Shown here one piece after another: positions 61,101 through 64,000 of a stretch of 64,000 nt of DNA. How positions within the stretch are numbered: the first letter of the stretch is position 1; the number at the start of each line of letters is the position of its first letter. The notes below the pieces were generated by a model. The model was not told the DNA's origin. It saw nothing but the letters and a program-made list of their open reading frames with translations, and made no database searches. Source of the DNA: the human T2T-CHM13v2.0 reference genome, Homo sapiens. The stretch is from NCBI RefSeq assembly GCF_009914755.1, contig NC_060925.1, one strand, 5' to 3'. Both the position numbers and the translations under genes were made by a program.

Positions 61101-63810
61101 TGGTATTGAATGGAATTGTCATCAAATGGAATTCAAAGGAATCATCATCAAATGGAACCGAATGGAATCCTCATTGAATGGAAATGAAAGGGGTCATCAT
61201 CTAATGGAATCGCATGGAATCATCATCAAATGGAATCGAATGGAATCATCATCAAATGGAATCTAATGGAATCATTGAACAGAATTGAATGGAATCGTCA
61301 TCGAATGAATTGAATGCAATCATCGAATGGTCTCGAATGGAATCATCTTCTAATGGAAAGGAATGGAATCATCGCATAGAATCGAATGGAATTATCATCG
61401 AATGGAATCGAATGGTATCAACACCAAACGGAAAAAAACGGAATTATCGAATGGAATCGAAGAGAATCTTCGAACGGACCCGAATGGAATCATCTAATGG
61501 AATGGAATGGAATAATCCATGGACTCGAATGCAATCATCATCGAATGGAATCGAATGGAATCATCGAATGGACTCGAATGGAATAATCATTGAACGGAAT
61601 CGAATGGAATCATCATCGGATGGAAACGAATGGAATCATCATCGAATGGAAATGAAAGGAGTCATCATCTAATGGAATTGCATGGAATCATCATAAAATG
61701 GAATCGAATGGAATCAACATCAAATGGAATCAAATGGAATCATTGAACGGAATTGAATGGAATCGTCATCGAATGAATTGACTGCAATCATCGAATGGTC
61801 TCGAATGGAATCATCTTCAAATGGAATGGAATGGAATCATCGCATAGAATCGAATGGAATTATCATCGAATGGAATCGAATGGAATCAACATCAAACGGA
61901 AAAAAACGGAATTATCGAATGGAATCGAAGAGAATCATCGAATGGACCCGAATGGAATCATCTAATGGAATGGAATGGAATAATCCATGGACTCGAATGC
62001 AATCATCATCGAATGGAATCGAATGGAATCATCGAATGGACTCGAATGGAATAATCATTGAACGGAAACGAATGGAATCATCATCGGATGGAAATGAATG
62101 GAATCATCATCGAATGGAATCGAATAGAATTATGGAATGAAATCCAGTGTGATCATCATCGAATGGACCCGAATGGAATCATCATCCAACGGAAGCTAAT
62201 GGAATCAACATCGAATGAATCGAATGGAAACACCATCGAATTGAAACGAATGGAATTATCATGAAATTGAAATGGATGGACTCATCATCGAATGGATTCG
62301 AATGGAATCATCGAATAAAATTGATTGAAATCATCATCGAATGGAATCGAATGGTATCATTGAATGGAATCGAATGGAATCATCATCAGATGGAAATGAA
62401 TGGAATCGTCATAGAATGGAATCGAATGGATTCATTGAATGGAATCAGATGGAATCATCGAATGGACTGGAATGGAATCATTGAATGGACTCGAAAGGGA
62501 TCATGATTGAATGGAATTGAATGGAATCATCGAATGGTCTCGATTGGAATCATTATCAAATGGAATCGAATGGAATCACCGAATAGAATCGAATGGAACA
62601 ATCATCGAATGGACTCAAATGGAATTATCCTCAAATGGAATCGAATGGAATTATCGAATGCAATCGAATGGAATTATCGAATGCAATCGAATAGAATCAT
62701 CGAATGGACTCGAATGGAATCATCGAATGGAATGGAATGGAACAGTCAATGAACACGAATGGAATCATCATTGAATGGAATCGAATGGAATCATCGAGTG
62801 GAATCGAATGGAATTATGATCAAATGGAATCGAATGTAATCATCATCAAATGGAATCAAAAATAACCATCATCAATTGGTATTGAATGGAATTGTCATCA
62901 AATGGAATTCAAAGGAATCATCATCAAATGGAACCGAATGGAATCCTCATTGAATGGAAATGAAAGGGGTCATCATCTAATGGAATCGCATGGAATCATC
63001 ATCAAATGGAATCGAATGGAATCATCATCAAATGGAATCTAATGGAATCATTGAACAGAATTGAATGGAATGGTCATTGAATGAATTGAATGCAATCATC
63101 GAATGGTCTCGAATGGAATCATCTTCTAATGGAAAGGAATGGAATCATCGCATAGAATCGAATGGAATTATCATCGAATGGAATCGAATGGTATCAACAC
63201 CAAACGGAAAAAAACGGAATTATCGAATGGAATCGAAGAGAATCTTCGAACGGACCCGAATGGAATCATCTAATGGAATAGAATGGAATAATCCATGGAC
63301 TCGAATGCAATCATCATCGAATGGAATCGAATGGAATCATCGAATGGACTCGAATGGAATAATCATTGAACGGAAGCGAATGGAATCATCATCGGATGGA
63401 AACGAATGGAATCATCATCGAATGGAAATGAAAGGAGTCATCATCTAATGGAATTGCATGGAATCATCATAAAATGGAATCGAATGGAATCAACATCAAA
63501 TGGAATCAAATGGAATCATTGAACGGAATTGAATGGAATCGTCATCGAATGAATTGACTGCAATCATCGAATGGTCTCGGAATCATCTTCAAATGGAATG
63601 GAATGGAATCATCGCATAGAATCGAATGGAATTATCATCGAATGGAATCGAATGGAATCAACATCAAACGGAAAAAAACGGAATTATCGAATGGAATCGA
63701 AGAGAATCATCGAATGGACCCGAATGGAATCATCTAATGGAATGGAATGGAATAATCCATGGACTCGAATGCAATCATCATCGAATGGAATCGAATGGAA
63801 TCATCGAATG
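58137..63810 (+). repeat. 2,835-bp higher-order repeat (full unit + 1,063-bp unit + 4-bp deletion)
   Basis: The 713-bp deletion junction recurs at 58137, 60972 and 63807, 2,835 apart. Shared variants: GGAATGGTCATTG (60232/63067), GGAATAGAATGG, AACACGAAT and GGTCTCGGAATC. Confidence 0.92.
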
Positions 63811-64000
63811 AACTCGAATGGAATCATCATTGAATGGAATCGAATGGAATCATCGAGTGGAATCGAATGGAATTATGATCAAATGGAATCGAATGTAATC
63901 ATCATCAAATGGAATCAAAAATAACCATCATCAATTGGTATTGAATGGAATTGTCATCAAATGGAATTCAAAGGAATCATCATCAAATGGAACCGAATGG

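Larger units (their letters stand above)
1..64000 (+). repeat. Human satellite 2 (HSat2/HSATII) tandem array with a ~1.78-kb unit; most likely HSat2A of chr1q12 pericentromeric heterochromatin (D1Z1/pUC1.77)
   Basis: Seen: continuous GAATG/GAATC/ATCATC-derived sequence (e.g. GAATGGAATCATCATCGAATGGAATC) with very frequent TCGA; the reverse complement CATTCGATTCCATTCGATGAT is the HSat2 signature and differs from the purer (CATTC)n of HSat3. Landmarks recur every 1,776 bp with one GAATTC per unit. Knowledge: the 1.77-kb EcoRI period is characteristic of chr1q12. The chromosome assignment is inferred, not aligned. Confidence 0.96.

Noticed and set aside
31-63924. About 200 short + strand ORFs (MESSSNE..., MKLKWMD..., MELSSNG..., up to 163 aa)
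   Set aside because: They are low-complexity W/N/G/M/E/I/S/H/R translations of GAATG/GAATC repeats that overlap in all three frames and are freely broken by stops and non-triplet indels between copies. There is no domain or gene structure. Similar 'hypothetical proteins' in databases are known artefacts of human satellite contamination.
1-64000. CRISPR-like or other repeat-spacer array
   Set aside because: There are no unique spacers; all sequence is satellite-derived and repeats in tandem, with no cas-like ORFs.
1-64000. HSat3 (DYZ1, chr9), alpha satellite or telomeric repeat
   Set aside because: Pure GGAAT runs are only a few copies long, and ATCATCG spacers and TCGA dominate. There is no 171-bp period, CENP-B box or TTAGGG.
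1-64000. Absence of minus-strand ORFs as evidence of a coding strand
   Set aside because: It is explained by composition: frequent TCA/TTA on + gives TGA/TAA stops throughout the minus strand.

Overview
The whole 64-kb window is one uninterrupted, single-orientation array of human classical satellite 2 (HSat2/HSATII), with the GGAAT-rich strand on +. It is built from degenerate GAATG/GAATC pentamers and ATC/CATC spacers in ~23/26-bp sub-repeats, organised into a 1,776-bp unit with one EcoRI site. That period and site fit the chromosome 1q12 HSat2A array (D1Z1, the pUC1.77 fragment). I count 35 copies of a unit landmark (ATGAAATTGAAA) plus 4 units that have deleted it. All listed ORFs are translations of the satellite and are not credible genes. 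I see no transposon, RNA gene, CRISPR array, inversion or unique sequence, and no evidence for a new protein-coding system. What the sequence does show is a record of satellite turnover: a 468-bp internal duplication in each unit, structural variants (1,308-bp and 1,063-bp units, a 147-bp duplication, 26/5/4/1-bp indels), local higher-order repeats (4,860, 3,552 and 2,835 bp), identical junctions recurring up to 44 kb apart, and two patches of a divergent haplotype that look like conversion tracts.
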